This document shows, piece by piece, positions 44,040-59,479 of a stretch of DNA of 64,000 nt. The translations under genes and the position numbers were made by a program. Within the stretch, counting starts at the first letter, position 1. Each line of letters begins with the position of its first letter. The DNA lies in NCBI RefSeq assembly GCF_009914755.1, contig NC_060927.1; one strand, written 5' to 3'. Under the pieces are notes generated by a model. It worked only from the letters and a program-made list of their open reading frames with translations, did not search any database and was not told the DNA's origin. The DNA comes from the human T2T-CHM13v2.0 reference genome, Homo sapiens.

Positions 44040-45085
44040 CACCTCAGAGTTGTCAGGCTGAGTAAGTTGCAGGCTGTATTTTTATTCTAGTCATGAAGCA
44101 GCACTGCTTTAGCTGGTGTTTGCTCTTCCTGCCCATAAGCCTTTTTGCCTGTGCTGTGTCCAATTCCCAGCTGAGTGCTTCACTGCTAAGGGCTGCCAGG
44201 GACAAACTTCACAGAACTGCCTTGCTCTGCTGCTCTGTATCCAAGCTGGTGTTGTGTATGTTTTTGGGAAGGAGGGAGGGAGGAGAGATCTAAAGACCTA
44301 GCACCCTTGGTTCAATGTAAGAAAAACTTTGAGGTGCAAGCTCCCCTCTGCACCAGGCTGAGACTGGGCCTTTCTTCACCAGAATCACTTCCTTCCTTGG
44401 CTTCTTCCCTCCCCCCCATCCTGCTTCCCATATTTCTTCACTTATTTCTCCTAAGAGGTTTTCCACAATAAGTCACTTCACTCAAATGTTTGGCACAGGG
44501 CCTGCCTTTTGGAGAAACCCAACCTAAATCAACTAGTAAACAAAAATATGTGCCAACTTTATCCGCATGATGTGTGAACTCTGCCTCTACTTGTGTGTAT
44601 CACCATTTCTGACAGCAATGTGGATGACTGTCCTGTTCATTTGGCAGTCAACTCTCATTCGTTCCTTACTGCACTCTGCCCTGCTAGGATGTGCAACCCA
44701 GGAGGGCTATTGTAAGTTATGTCCCGGGTTCCTGTGCCTAGTGGTTTCCAGATGGGTTCATACAATGTAAGACACTGTCAGGAGTTCAAAGTGAGGAGTC
44801 CAAAGTTAGGAGTAGTAAGAAGACAAGCACGACTGCCATCATTTCAGGCTGGGTGTCGAGCATTGCCAGGCAGCCTATCCTCTACAACCCAGTCCCCACT
44901 GGACAATCAGGTCCTGCCTTCTCCTCTAGAGTCTTAGACTTCCTTCAATTAGTCTCTTGGTTACCTCCTATTCCTTAGTTTTTCACTCTTCCCAACACCT
45001 CTGCAAATATTTCTTTGTATTAAATTCCCTTTATTGGAGTGTCTAGTTTACACGTCGTTTTCCTCCATGGAACCTAATTCAGTAA
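44040..45085 (+). mobile_element. Two ancient ERVL-class LTRs (LTR16-like ~44040-44530; LTR33-like ~44640-45085)
   Basis: 3' ends resemble LTR16 (aataagtcactt...ctgccttttggagaaacccaacctaa) and LTR33 (attaaattccct) consensus. Confidence 0.5.
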
Positions 45086-45889
45086 CTACTGTGCACTTTC
45101 ATTTTGACTGTGCACTTTCATTTTGACATTAAGTATTATCACTTAAAATACAATTCTAAAAATTTTAATTTTTTTGGTTAGTAATCTTTCTATTGTTAAC
45201 AAGTGCAAAAAAATGGGGAAGGGAGGCCTGAAAAATCCAATTAGAAGACAGTTAAAGATACATTAAAGTGTTATTCACAAGGCCAAATATATGTCAGGAT
45301 GTTCCAGAGGTGTTAATTTTATACAGGGCAGCCTGCAAAATGTTAGAGAGGAGGCTAAAATAAACAAAAAGTAGCATTAAAACAAACACGCTATTAGGTT
45401 CATAAAAGAAAAACAAAACCAAACTACATAACCAAATCAAGATTGTTGGGATGTAGGAAATGTTGCAACGTAGGTTGTGTGATTAACGCTTTTGTGATAT
45501 GCCTGCCTCATAAAATACAGTGCTTATAGATTGATGTAATCAAAGAACACATACCTCCTTATTTTATATTTACTCTTAAAATGAGTCTTGATAGTACAAG
45601 TTCTTTAGAAAGAAATATCTAACATAAAAAAAAATTTTATGTACCTGACAAGTGAGAGAAGTGTGTTCACTAATACCCATCTCATTTTACACATAAGAGG
45701 CTATGAAAACTTAATTTTCCCAGTTAAATAATTTCTTAAAATCTTGGAGCTAAAGTTAACATTTTTGTCTGCTCCACCCCTCTTCTGATTTACTTTCATT
45801 AACCCATGTAGCCTCCATAATTTTAAAAGAGAAGGAATGAACCTATGAGCGAAGAAGGATGCATTTATTACTGACTTTATTTTTAAAAA

Positions 45890-47220
45890 AAAAAGCCTTT
45901 ATTGACATATAATTCACATACCAATTCACCTGTTTAAAGCATACAATTCAATGGATTTCAGTATATTATTAACTTATAAAATCTCTAGTCAAATATAAAA
46001 CTTTCTAACTTAATTTTGATTTCTCCTTTGGCCCATGAGTTATTTAGAAGTGTGGGTTCCTGAGTACTTGGGCTCTTCCAGAGAGCTTTCTAATACTGAT
46101 TTCTAATTTAATTCCATTGTTGCTATAAATGTCATTTAGGTCAAGTTATCGGATAATCTTCAAATCGTTTATAGCCTTACTTCCCTCTTCCCATCTTCTC
46201 AGTCCATCAATTATTGAGAGAAGAATACTAAAGTCTTCAACAATTGGAAGCACAATAATTTCTATTTCCTTTGAAGTTCCATCAGTTTTTGCTTCATATG
46301 TTTTGAAACAGTGTTATTAAATGCATTATCATTTTAAAATGTTTTGTTGAATTGACTGTTTATCTTGTATTAATAACCTCCTTTTTCCCTGTAAATCTTC
46401 TGAGCTTTGAAATCTAGTTTGTCTTATATTAATGTAGCCATTTCAGCTGTCTCTTGCTGAAATGCATACTTATACACTTGAAATGTATAAATGTACACTT
46501 GATTAGTGATAGCATGGTATTTATTTTTACATCATTTTATTTTCAGCCTATTGATATTTTTGTATTTGAAGTATATTTTACATAGGCAGTATATAGTTGA
46601 GTCTTGCTTGTTGATTCAGTCTCACAATCTCTGCCTTTTAATATTTAGGCCATTTACACTTATTTTGCTTTGTCATATGGTTACATTTAAATTTACTGTA
46701 CTTCTGTTTATCTCTTCTGTTCTTTCCCCTTTTTGTATTTCTACCTTCATTTGGATTAATTGGATATTTTTTATGATTACATTTTCTTCTCCTTTGATGG
46801 GTTCTTAACTGTAATTATTTTTAGTAGTGTTTTTGGATTTATAGTGCACACCTTTAACTTGTCACCATCTACCTTGAGGTGATAATTTTAAATGGGCTAA
46901 ATAATCTTATTTTCTGCCCCTCTTCCCTCCCCTACCTTTTTACCTAAGATTCTAACTATGTAGGTATTAGTCTGCCCAAAGTTTTATCACAACTCACTGA
47001 TGCTCTGTCACCACACCCTCTTTTCCAGTCTATGTTCTCTGCGTTTTTGGATAGATTCTATGCTGCCTCCAAGGTCATAAATCATTTCTTCCCGCAGCAT
47101 CGAATCTGTGGTTTATCCTAACCAGTGCACTTTTCATCTCACATGTTGTTTAATAACATAACTTCATCTCTAGAAGTTTAATAACATATCTTCTGTGTCT
47201 CTACTTAGCTTTTTGAACAT
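45890..47220 (-). mobile_element. Old L1M fragments
   Basis: T-rich degenerate L1 motifs (ttattgacatataattcacatac; tttctaatttaattccattgt). Confidence 0.65.
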
Positions 47221-47229
47221 ATGATATGG

Positions 47230-47385
47230 TTAATCTTTGAACAATGTGAGGGTTAGGAGCACCAACCCCCTGTGCAGTTGGAAATCTGCACATAGCTTTT
47301 GACTCCCCAAAATCTTACCAACTAATAGCCAGCTGCTGATTAGAAGACTTACTGATAACAGTTGAATAAGATATATTTTGTATAT
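47230..47385. mobile_element. Tigger2/MER8-like fragment
   Basis: cttgaacaatgtgagggttaggagcaccaaccccctgtgcag...ttttgactccccaaaa. Confidence 0.65.
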
Positions 47386-47399
47386 TGCAGGAATTAAAA

Positions 47400-47670
47400 A
47401 TTATGCAGAATGAAGACAGACCAAAAAAGAGTATATACTGTATGATCCCAATCATACAATGTAATCTAATCTCTGGGGATGGGAGAGAGATATCACTAAG
47501 GGGCAAGAAGAAACGTCTGAAGGTAACAGATGTATTCATTATCCTGAGTGCGGTAATAGTTTCAATGGTGTATACATATGTCAAAATATATCAAATGGTT
47601 CAAGTAAAATACATACAGTTCATTTTATGTCAACTGTACCTCAATAAAATTGTCTTAAAAACAAAAGTAT
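47400..47670 (+). mobile_element. L1ME 3' end
   Basis: tatacatatgtcaaaa...tacctcaataaaattg. Confidence 0.7.
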
Positions 47671-48659
47671 GGTAAGAAAGAATACGATGGGTAAACTGAA
47701 GCTTATTTATTCGTAAAAATACTTTGATACTATGTACCTCATCAGGTTGTAGTCAGGACTAAAGGGGACAGAAAGAGCACCATCTCCAACACAGAGTTGG
47801 TACTAATCATATGGTACCTAGCAATAGTACCATAAACATACTTACTTCAACTTTACATTACTCCTAGGATGTACGAGAAATTAGTATGATTAACAGCCAA
47901 GAAGCCTGAGAGAATTCTGAAAACTAGAAGCAAAGATGAAAAGGAAGCACAACAGGTGAACAAAAATGTATGTGTAAATGCTTATTAAGTGGTGAGCTTT
48001 AATCAAGTTGAATTGTTTAACGATGTTTGCAAACTTATTCAGATACTACAGAAAAATCATTTTGCACCTTATTTTGGCTTGTTTAGGCACACTAAACAGA
48101 GAATGAAAAAAAAGCAAAATGCCTGAAGTTGCAAATTTCCATTTTAAAGTTGATGCTGTGCCACTGGCTCGCTGTTTGTAAAAGGATGTCATCAAAGATT
48201 TGAGAATAACCAGGGTTATTTTAGTCAGTCTCCAAACTGAAATTTTTTCTAGCACAACAAAATCAAAGAGACAGCTAAATCAGGTAGTACTAAAACCACT
48301 GGGTATCTTGTTCCAGTTTAACATCATTTAGTTACTGCAGTCGGGAAACTCACTGAAAAGCGGCGCAAAGGTTCTAGGCTTAAACGGAGCGTGGGCACAA
48401 AAATATGGCTGGCTCTACTCAAGCTGAATGTCTGGGTGTGTGACTGTATATCATGAAGGACGGAGCACTATTTTCGAGGTCTGATTAATCAGATAAAAGT
48501 ACCACATTGAGTATTTCTTAAAAGAGAAATCCATCTAAGCCACCAACATTCCAACAACATTGGGAAAGTCTATTTTTTACTTCCTGTAGACAAATACTCA
48601 GGTACCTGGATCCAAAATGAGAAAATGACAACAATACCTAAACTTATAGGAGTCTATAC

Positions 48660-48870
48660 AGTATTTTCATGTATATCATTTAGCCTTATCCCATAACAAA
48701 CAGGTATTATTATTATTATTATCCCTCATTTACAGACAGTGAAAAGGAGGCTCAGAAAGGTTAAGTGACTTGCTCAGTCTTAATAATGCTTCTTAAGTGG
48801 AGTGGAACTGACATTCAAACCTAGATTTTCTGATTCAAAAATCTATGTTCTTTCCATTAAATAATGCCAC
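48660..48870 (-). mobile_element. MIR
   Basis: catttacaga...gaggctcagaaaggttaagtgacttgc core. Confidence 0.78.
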
Positions 48871-49099
48871 CTCTAATTGCACCAGGCTGCAAATGCTTTA
48901 TGGTACATTTCACAGAAAACGTTTGATGATCCTCTGACAATTAAGAGTCTGAATGTCATGGAACATCAACTCTCCAAAGGACTAGTAACAAGACTGATAC
49001 TTGATATTTCAACATTTAAAATAAATTATATGCTGTTAAAAGTTTAATTAGAAAAACAGAAGCAAGCTCCAGCTTTCACGTAAATTATAAGAAATTTAC

Positions 49100-49160
49100 C
49101 TGAATGAAAAGGAAACTGTTGCTTGGCTTCACCAGTATGTGCGTCCCAAATAATTGTAGT
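49100..49160 (-). CDS. TBL1XR1: TBL1XR1 coding exon 10 (61 nt; [20 protein letters not shown])
   Basis: Manual translation; acceptor ctcag|ACT, donor CAG|gtaaat. Confidence 0.96.
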
Positions 49161-50258
49161 CTGAGATTAAAAGGAAAAGAAAAATAAACTCATGGAAAGA
49201 AGTTTAACATACATGTGTAAAGTATATGCCTAACTGTATTACAGCAATATGAAATGTCAGAGTGGATTTAATTTTAAACACTTTATCCCAAATAGTACCA
49301 CAAGGCTATATACTTTGGGAGAAAATGACTATTAAGCAGTTTGATTCTTCCCTGATGATTTTGCATTGGTCAACTTACTTCAAATAACAATTACTGGTAG
49401 TCTACAAAGGGCCAGGCATTATACTAGATTTTGCTTAAAAAACTCCATTGTAATAGTACATTTAATGTAAGACTCGTATAGATGTTTAGTAAGAGAGAAG
49501 TTCTTGGTTAACAACGTAATCAGTTCTCAATACTGAAAGATTCTGAAAGCTCCCATTTACCCAAAAAGGCAGCTTGAATTTTGGCAGTACTTAAAGCAAG
49601 AACCTAAAGTATTGTCTAGTGGCGGTGACTATTAACAGGACTCAGTCTCTCTCCTTCCCAGCCTACTTCACTTTTCTTCCCCTTTTGCCACTTTTTTTAT
49701 TGCTCTCTGAATTTTATAAAGAGTGAACTAGCTTCTCTCCACTTCCCTGTTTGACACCACACTCAATTATTAGCATGCCCTTTCCTGGATTAAGATAATC
49801 TTAAACCTTTAGGAGGAAGAAGGTCCTATTTCCAACTCATCTATATTCACCAGCCGACTTAGACAAAGAAGGCTAGACAGATCCTGCATTTCATATTAGC
49901 TTCAATTAAGTACCAGGAGTTCGGCTAACAGACCAGCTCTAGAATTTCCCATGGATTCACTCCAGAGCCATATTCACTGGTGAGACTAACTAGAAATTGT
50001 AGAAGGGAAGCAAAAAGTGCAGGACGTATGACATTGTTTATGGTTCAAATTCCAGGTAAAATTAAAAGTGTTCACATAGATAAAAGGATAAGGACATTTT
50101 GGTAAGTAGATTCAGAAATGAGCTGATAGACCTAAGGAGTATTTCTAGCATAAATTCCTATGTGAATTTCCCAAATAGGAATGTTTATGTAATTGGCAGC
50201 TAAGACAAAATACTGCTTTCAATTAAGCTCTGTAATACATTTGCCTTTACAGAACTTA

Positions 50259-50420
<162 letters not shown>

Positions 50421-50451
50421 TCAACAACAAAGTAAAAAGGAAAATGCTTCA

Positions 50452-50541
<90 letters not shown>

Positions 50542-52856
50542 TTAATTATATAATCTAGATACGGTATTTAATTGTTGTTAAAGTATTTCATGTTTAAATC
50601 CCAGGTACAGAAGAGAATGAAGACATTCTCTGCTTCAAAACTTGTCAGTTTTGCCTACTTGTGAGTGCCACTAAAGGCCTATGAAACCCTTCCACTGTGT
50701 GACACTAATGTTGTATGGGGGCCTTATATCCAAAGTTCAACAACTGACAGTGATTGCTCTGGACCAGGATCTACATCACCCCACCTCATGCATGCCAAAA
50801 GTATTCTCACAGACTCACACAACTAAGAATGAAGGTAGAGTGGTGGACTGGGAAGAACATCAAATTCATAGTCTTACAATGATTTATTAGAAGTAAAAAA
50901 GAAAAACTTTAAAATATGATTAGAAGGTTTTATATGGCCATTCCTCTAAATCCTTTACTGTCTAAAACGAAGTGTGTGGGTATGATCCAAACAATATCAT
51001 TGTTTCGAATGATCAGATTCTTAAATACTTGAATGTTCCTTTCTATTATTAATCCCTTCCCACTATGAAATATTTGCCAATAAAAAGATCAACAAGGAAA
51101 AGAGCCAGAAAAGAGCACAGGCTGACTTTATAGTTAATGAAGTAAGTACAACTGCCTACTTTACCAGGAGGAAAAGTCCATATAAATTTCTCTCAACTTA
51201 TATTCCCTTGCTGTGCACCTTGCCTCGATGAATTGTGTAATAAAAGGACAGATCTAACCTACTCTATGCAAACACAGAAGTTACAGATTATAGTAAACAG
51301 ACTATTGCTAGAATCAGTAAACATTACTGGAGAATGAAATCCTGCATTACTTGACATATTATTGATGGTTTTTGGTAAGGGCATTCAAAACAAGATCACC
51401 TATTTCACATCTCTCAAGCCATTTAGCAGTATGGCTAAGTGACAAACAAAAACAAATGCTGGTTCTGGGAACTGCAGACTCAATTCTGCTGGGATGTGGC
51501 CATCCCTTAGGGCTCTGTCTCAAGAAGAAGGGGAGCCATGTTGAAGTCAACAGTAAAAGCTTATTTCCACATCCTACACAATGTCAAGTTTCCTCTAAAC
51601 TATCAGTCCCTAAATGTTTTAGTTCATGAACTGCTCAACTAGGAAAATACTGTAAAGATGAGAAATCTCACAGGCTCTCTTGCTTTAGCCATGGAAAAGA
51701 ATCATTAATCGAGGATAATGTTTTCCAAGTTCACCGTGAATAACACATTTTTTAAAAGCCCACACTTTTCAAAACTATAAAATGCAGTTCAGAACTACCA
51801 AGCTCAACAAACCAATATTCATTAACCATCCTTTTCAGTGTAAACTATAAATTTCATTAACATGGCCAGTGGACCAGGTAGCGTAAGAAAGCTGTAAGAT
51901 ATCTGAACTAAAATATAATAAGGGCCCATATTAAGAAAATAATTCTGTCTTGATCTTACAAGTAAATAATACTACAATGTGCTAAACCCCTTTGGAATTT
52001 TTAGAATTGTCATATGGAGGGGAAGAGTAAATATGCTGCTGGCAATTTTGGAAGAAAATGCTAAAAATACCTAGCTATGATTTCTGAAAAAACATTTCAC
52101 AGAAACTGAGAACTTTAGTGGGGATAATCATTTTAAAGATAGATCTCATTCCCGGGGAAAAGAATTGGAAGATCCTTTAGAAAGTCCACAAAGGGTTGTT
52201 AAACAGAAGAGAAAAGAACATTCATTTGCTGAGCAAAGAACAACTATCTTGATATTCTTTGCAATGCTGAAATAATCTAAGAGTTTTGGGGGAGGGGCAG
52301 GGGGTAGCGGAGCGAGGTAAGAGATGTATTTAAAACTATAATGGTGAGAATTTATCAACAACGAAGTCAAAGTTTTTTGTAAGTCACAGTAGTCAAGTTG
52401 TCCTGAAAGATGTTGAATCATACACAGAATCAGAGAATTACAAGATTCCTACAGTGGGAATAAAATTCAGACGTTGTCTAGACTAATGATCCCTAAAAGG
52501 AAATTGGTAATAAAGTTCTACCAGTTCACAGAATACAGAGAAAAACAAGAACATGTTTTTTGCTACACAGAATTCTTTTATCCCCTAAGGACTCGGTTGT
52601 TATAGATTTAGTATGTTGTTTGTTATTATGGTAAGAATTTTCACCTATTATCTCAAATATTTAGGTACCATTTTCACACTTCTACTTGACATTTAAAGAA
52701 AATGAAGTACAGAGTAAAAAGTAACAATTTAACCAAGGATATGCTGTGGGATACACTGAAGAGCTGGATGTTGAACCTTGGTCTGACTAAGGCAAGTCTG
52801 TGTCCCACAGTGGGGGAGAGGGCTGGCAGGGGACGACTCCCGGTTTGTTGTTACTA

Positions 52857-53150
<294 letters not shown>

Positions 53151-53417
53151 TCACGTATCAGAACAAGGCAACATATTTACATCTGAATATTAATAAGGCA
53201 AATAAAAACGACTATCACGAATTTTCATTTCCAGTATTTTTCCCATTCTACACGTTGGGACCCCCAAGCATTCTCGAAATAGTAAGTTTAATTAAAAATT
53301 CTACAATTACTTCATGAAGGAATAAAAAATTTACAGAGACAAAATGGCCACAACTAAGCAACAACAGAAAACCTGAATAATGCATATGTTTATAAAATGT
53401 TCAATAAGATATTTTTA

Positions 53418-53708
<291 letters not shown>

Positions 53709-54249
53709 TTAAGCTGAACATGACTACACAGTCTTAGTCACACAGAAAATAAATTCTTATCTTTAATTAAGTATTGACCACATACTTTTTTTTTAGAGGG
53801 GTGGGGGTGGGAGTGGGATGGGAGACTTTAAATGATTAGACCTAAACATGGATAAAACGATAAAATGGTTTGAATTAAATATAATGTCTATCAGTACTAT
53901 TCTGAGTTTCTGCCAGTAGGGGTTGCTGATATCATTCATATAACATGAGTTGCCTTTTATCTCGATGTCAGAGCTCTATGGTTATTTGTTGATAACTAGT
54001 ATTACAAATTTTATTTAGAAATCAAATGTAGATGTAAAAATTCATTTAACAATGGGAAAAGGGTTTCTAGATATTTTAAAAAGAAAATAAAAGTAAATCT
54101 AGCTTTTTGGAGCTTTAGGAATAAAAATCTGAATTGAACTGTGTGATACAAGTTAGGGAAACAAGTTGGTGCAAGTTAACAGATGAAATTATTTCAGCAT
54201 AGAAGATGGGGCATTTCTTCTGAGAAAAAATTTTTAAAAATTCTTGTCT

Positions 54250-54757
<508 letters not shown>

Positions 54758-55792
54758 TTATACAAAATCAGAAATGAAATGAAAATCTTCGTTCCTAAAA
54801 AAACATTTTTAGGAACTTTCTGAATTCATATAAGAAGTCCGGAGGGAATAAAGAAACTACAAGCAGCAACTGGAAATGACTGCTTACATTTTCCTTTTCA
54901 TTTAATTCATACTATTATTACAGTATAGAGCTGTACAGATAGAGCTGAAATGAAAGAGATAATAAGATGTAGGCCGAGCTGATAAAAAGGCTTATTAATT
55001 AGATTCTGAAATTCTGTTAGTCAAAGCAACAAACAATATGGAATATAGTTCATATAATGATCAGAGGCCTGGTGCCCCATTATAGTAAATACATCTTTTA
55101 AAAAACTAAAAACTTTGAGCTGAAGAGTTTCTTGTGATTTGATTCAAATATTAAAGCAGAAACAGACTTCATGGGGCTATAGTGCTCTTGAATATTAGGG
55201 AGTTATTAAAATTTCCAAAGCTCTACTTATTGATATTAGGAAGTTCCTAATAAAGAGTTCTCCAAGTAAGCACAAGAAGAGACACAAACACAGAACAAGT
55301 CAGAAATACAAACAGTACAAATTAGCTGGGAACATGCATATGTGAAGTCTGGTTCACTTAAACTGGTAAACATGTACCAGTGACAATCTACAGTGTTATT
55401 GCAGGGTACTGTGAGCTGCAAAAACACAGCCTGTCTTTCTAAACTGTCCATTGTAATGTAATATTTCAGGAACAGGAGAAAGTATTTTAACTTATAAATA
55501 ATTTTTAAGATACTAAACCCAACACAGATACACTGTGGAATAAGCGCCATGTCAAATTTACACACATTTTAAGAAAAAATTTAGTTTTGCGTTACTGGAT
55601 GGTCACTCAAAGAGCTGAGGAAACAAACAAATCCATTTTAGTATATTATGTAATTTCTAATTCTAGTAATAATCATTGATACAGAAATCATAGATACTTC
55701 AGTTTAAAAATACTCGCAAAAGGGGAACATGTTAATCTCTGAAATAGAAGTAATGGGAAAAGCTCCTCACTATAGATAAAAATTTTAAACTA

Positions 55793-56327
<535 letters not shown>

Positions 56328-56719
56328 AGCCAAACAAACTACTCACATGTAGTCCTTAGATAGGCAGTACCATCCAGAGTTGGCTTCAATTACAAACTGG
56401 TTTAAATTTGGGTATATTCAAATAACGTGAGAATTTACAATTTTCAGGCCAATAATTATGATCTTAGCATTCCACAGCACAATGCTGTTGTGTTAATAAA
56501 AATTCTTTATTAGTGTTTACTTACACAAACAGATTAAGGCAAACAAACTACAGATAATGGTCCTTACAACTAGGCGCCAACACCTTGCCGGTGCAACCTG
56601 ACTACCACATTAGGGATGAACTGCCTGCACTTTTGTTAACCCTGTGAAGCTAAAGTCAGAATACTGAATAAGCAAGCAAGACAGCTGACTTAACGGCATA
56701 TTTAAGATGAAAAAAATCA

Positions 56720-56917
<198 letters not shown>

Positions 56918-57014
56918 TTATTTTCCTAGTGGCAACATGCTAAATGACACAGAAAGAAAGATCACCATCATCTTTTCAAATCCCATCCTACCCATTTAAA
57001 ATCCCAGACGAAGG

Positions 57015-57015
<1 letters not shown>

Positions 57016-57060
<45 letters not shown>

Positions 57061-57067
57061 GCATGTA
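57016..57067. repeat. (GT)n(GC)n(GT)n alternating purine-pyrimidine tract
   Basis: Seen directly. Confidence 0.95.
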
Positions 57068-59479
57068 AACATGTCAGCCTTTACATACTTTCTTTTTCTC
57101 TTAATGTACTCTTTAAAATTTCTAGTAAATACTTGATTATATAGCTTCAAATTTTCTAAAATGTCATGGTACACAACTTTTCTTAACAAAAAGCATCAAA
57201 TGTAAAAGGTAAAACAAGTCTTTGGAAATCATATAATTAAATTGCTTCATTTAAATCAGGCCAAGACAGATTAAGGGACATTTAATATTTCTGTATTATA
57301 TTTTAATATTTTTTACATCTAGAATTAAGGAACTTTATTTCAAATTTTCTTTCATCCCAGCCCAGTTCAAGTATTCAGCATCTCTCAAAAGTGGTACACA
57401 TAATATGCTTTAAATAGGAATTCATTCATTCTGAATGATCTTCATTTACTTCATGTAATTGTTATCTACTACGTAGTTATAATTCAATAATGTCTGTAAA
57501 GCAATCTAGCACTCAGGTAAAATCTGAAGTATTTAAATTTCTACATATAAATTGTCAAACATCTGATAAATTCAGTATTTTGGAGCTCTTTGGAACTACT
57601 TAGGAAAACTAAAATAATAAAAATAAATTCAAATATTAAAAAATCATAACGGTTAAATCTCATTTTATGTATGAATTAAGTGCTTTAAAAATACCAATTC
57701 TTTGCCACTTAGTAATAACTCATCTATATGAAATATTTAAGAAATGAACAGCTAGCAAATGATTACCTGGTTTATAGGTCTCCATCAGCAATTACTTACT
57801 CTTAACTTGAAATACTTAAAACCAAAGCACTTACTTAATAAAAATCTCTTTATGTTGGCCTTGCTTTTTATTAATATCTAGTCAAAATTCAAAGGTAAAA
57901 TTCTAAGAAGCTGATAAACCAAGGGTGGTTATTTTCTTTACTGAAATATTAATCACCATTTATCATTAAGTAGTAATTTCTATGAAGTATTTTAAACAAT
58001 TCAATTAAATTGTACAAGTAATATAGAATATTAATAAACATTTATACTAAACAAAGGAAATAAATACAGGCTTATTTTGGGTCTTGGTTAAACTGATTTA
58101 ATCTATATAGTATGTCTGTTGGCTAGCCTGTCTAGCCTAGTTTTTTAGTGTTTAGTAATGTCTTTTTTGGATTTTGTGCTTCCACTCTTATACTCCTTGT
58201 GGTACTTATAAACAGTCTAGTAGAAAATACTGTGGGCTCACAATTTCCTAGCATGTGGCTAGGAAAATTTGGTTATTTGATAGTCAGAGTACACCTAAGT
58301 TGATTTTCCTTGTAACCCCTTCCTTCTCTCTTTGGAACACCTAACTCATTATGCTCACAACATCTAACCCACAGTGGAAAAGGCAAGTGGAAAAATGTTA
58401 CCTCTAAAACCTTGATTTTAGCCCCTGATTTTGCCCATAAGCAAGATCATAATTAAATGCATTTATAGTTTTCATAGTTTTCACCTTAATCTGGGCTCAC
58501 AGAGATACCAATCGGGGGGCGGGGCGGGGGTGGGGGGGTGGGGGCGGAGAAGCACCGTTTTGAATTGTCCCTATCAGGAAGCCCACAACTATCTGAATAT
58601 GAGTAGATTCCAGATCACCAAGGCAGAAAACAGAATAAGGATGAGGGAGGATGGGGAGAAACAATGAGAGACATAGCAGTAAAATCCTTAAGCAGTGAGG
58701 TTGGAGATTCCTGTTTTCAATTATATAACCCCTCCCTGAATAAATTCACAGTAAATCATCCATAGTAAAAACAGCCAAACGCCAAGCAGCTTAAGAGATT
58801 TAAGAAAACTTCAAGACAGAAGACATCATTTACAGAGGGCCTATACCATATGCTAGATACTGTGTACACACATATAATTTTATTATTTTATAATCTAATG
58901 GAAAATCACAACTAATAAATGAGAAAGTACAGATTCAAATTCATTCAGAGACTCTACTACTCCTCTTGAACAGTTAAAATATGGTCAAGGATAAAGCTAA
59001 GGGAGAGAGTGAGCTCCTGTTTCCTGATAGAAAGTAAAAGACTACATCACTGTTTTGTTTTCATCTCAGGGTCCTGGAAAGTGGTTGCACAGTGCATGAA
59101 ACACTGAGCCATCTTATTGCCATATTTACTGCCAAGGTTTTGAAAGTGTCTTGACTTATGTAATGCTTATAAATTTGTTTGAAGTACATGATTTCTGTAT
59201 ACTTTATTCATGACTGCAATTTAAATAGTCAAAATTGTTAAATTTGGACCCTATTTAATTAGCTTATAGAGTTTAAGTTTAAAGTAATAATATGTCCAAG
59301 AATAGTCTAAGACTTGCAGGTGGAACTGTGCCAATTTCTGGCTGGAATGTTGCAGATATCCTGAATTTGTTCTGTCAGACCAGGAGAAAAACTATCACAG
59401 GTGCTTACATGCATCTCAAGGTACTGCAGATGTACTTAGGATGCTCTCAAATAGCAATGAAACATCCCTGAAGTAGTCA

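Noticed and set aside
45088-45127. 19-bp tandem duplication actgtgcactttcattttg
   Set aside because: Common slippage product with no further structure
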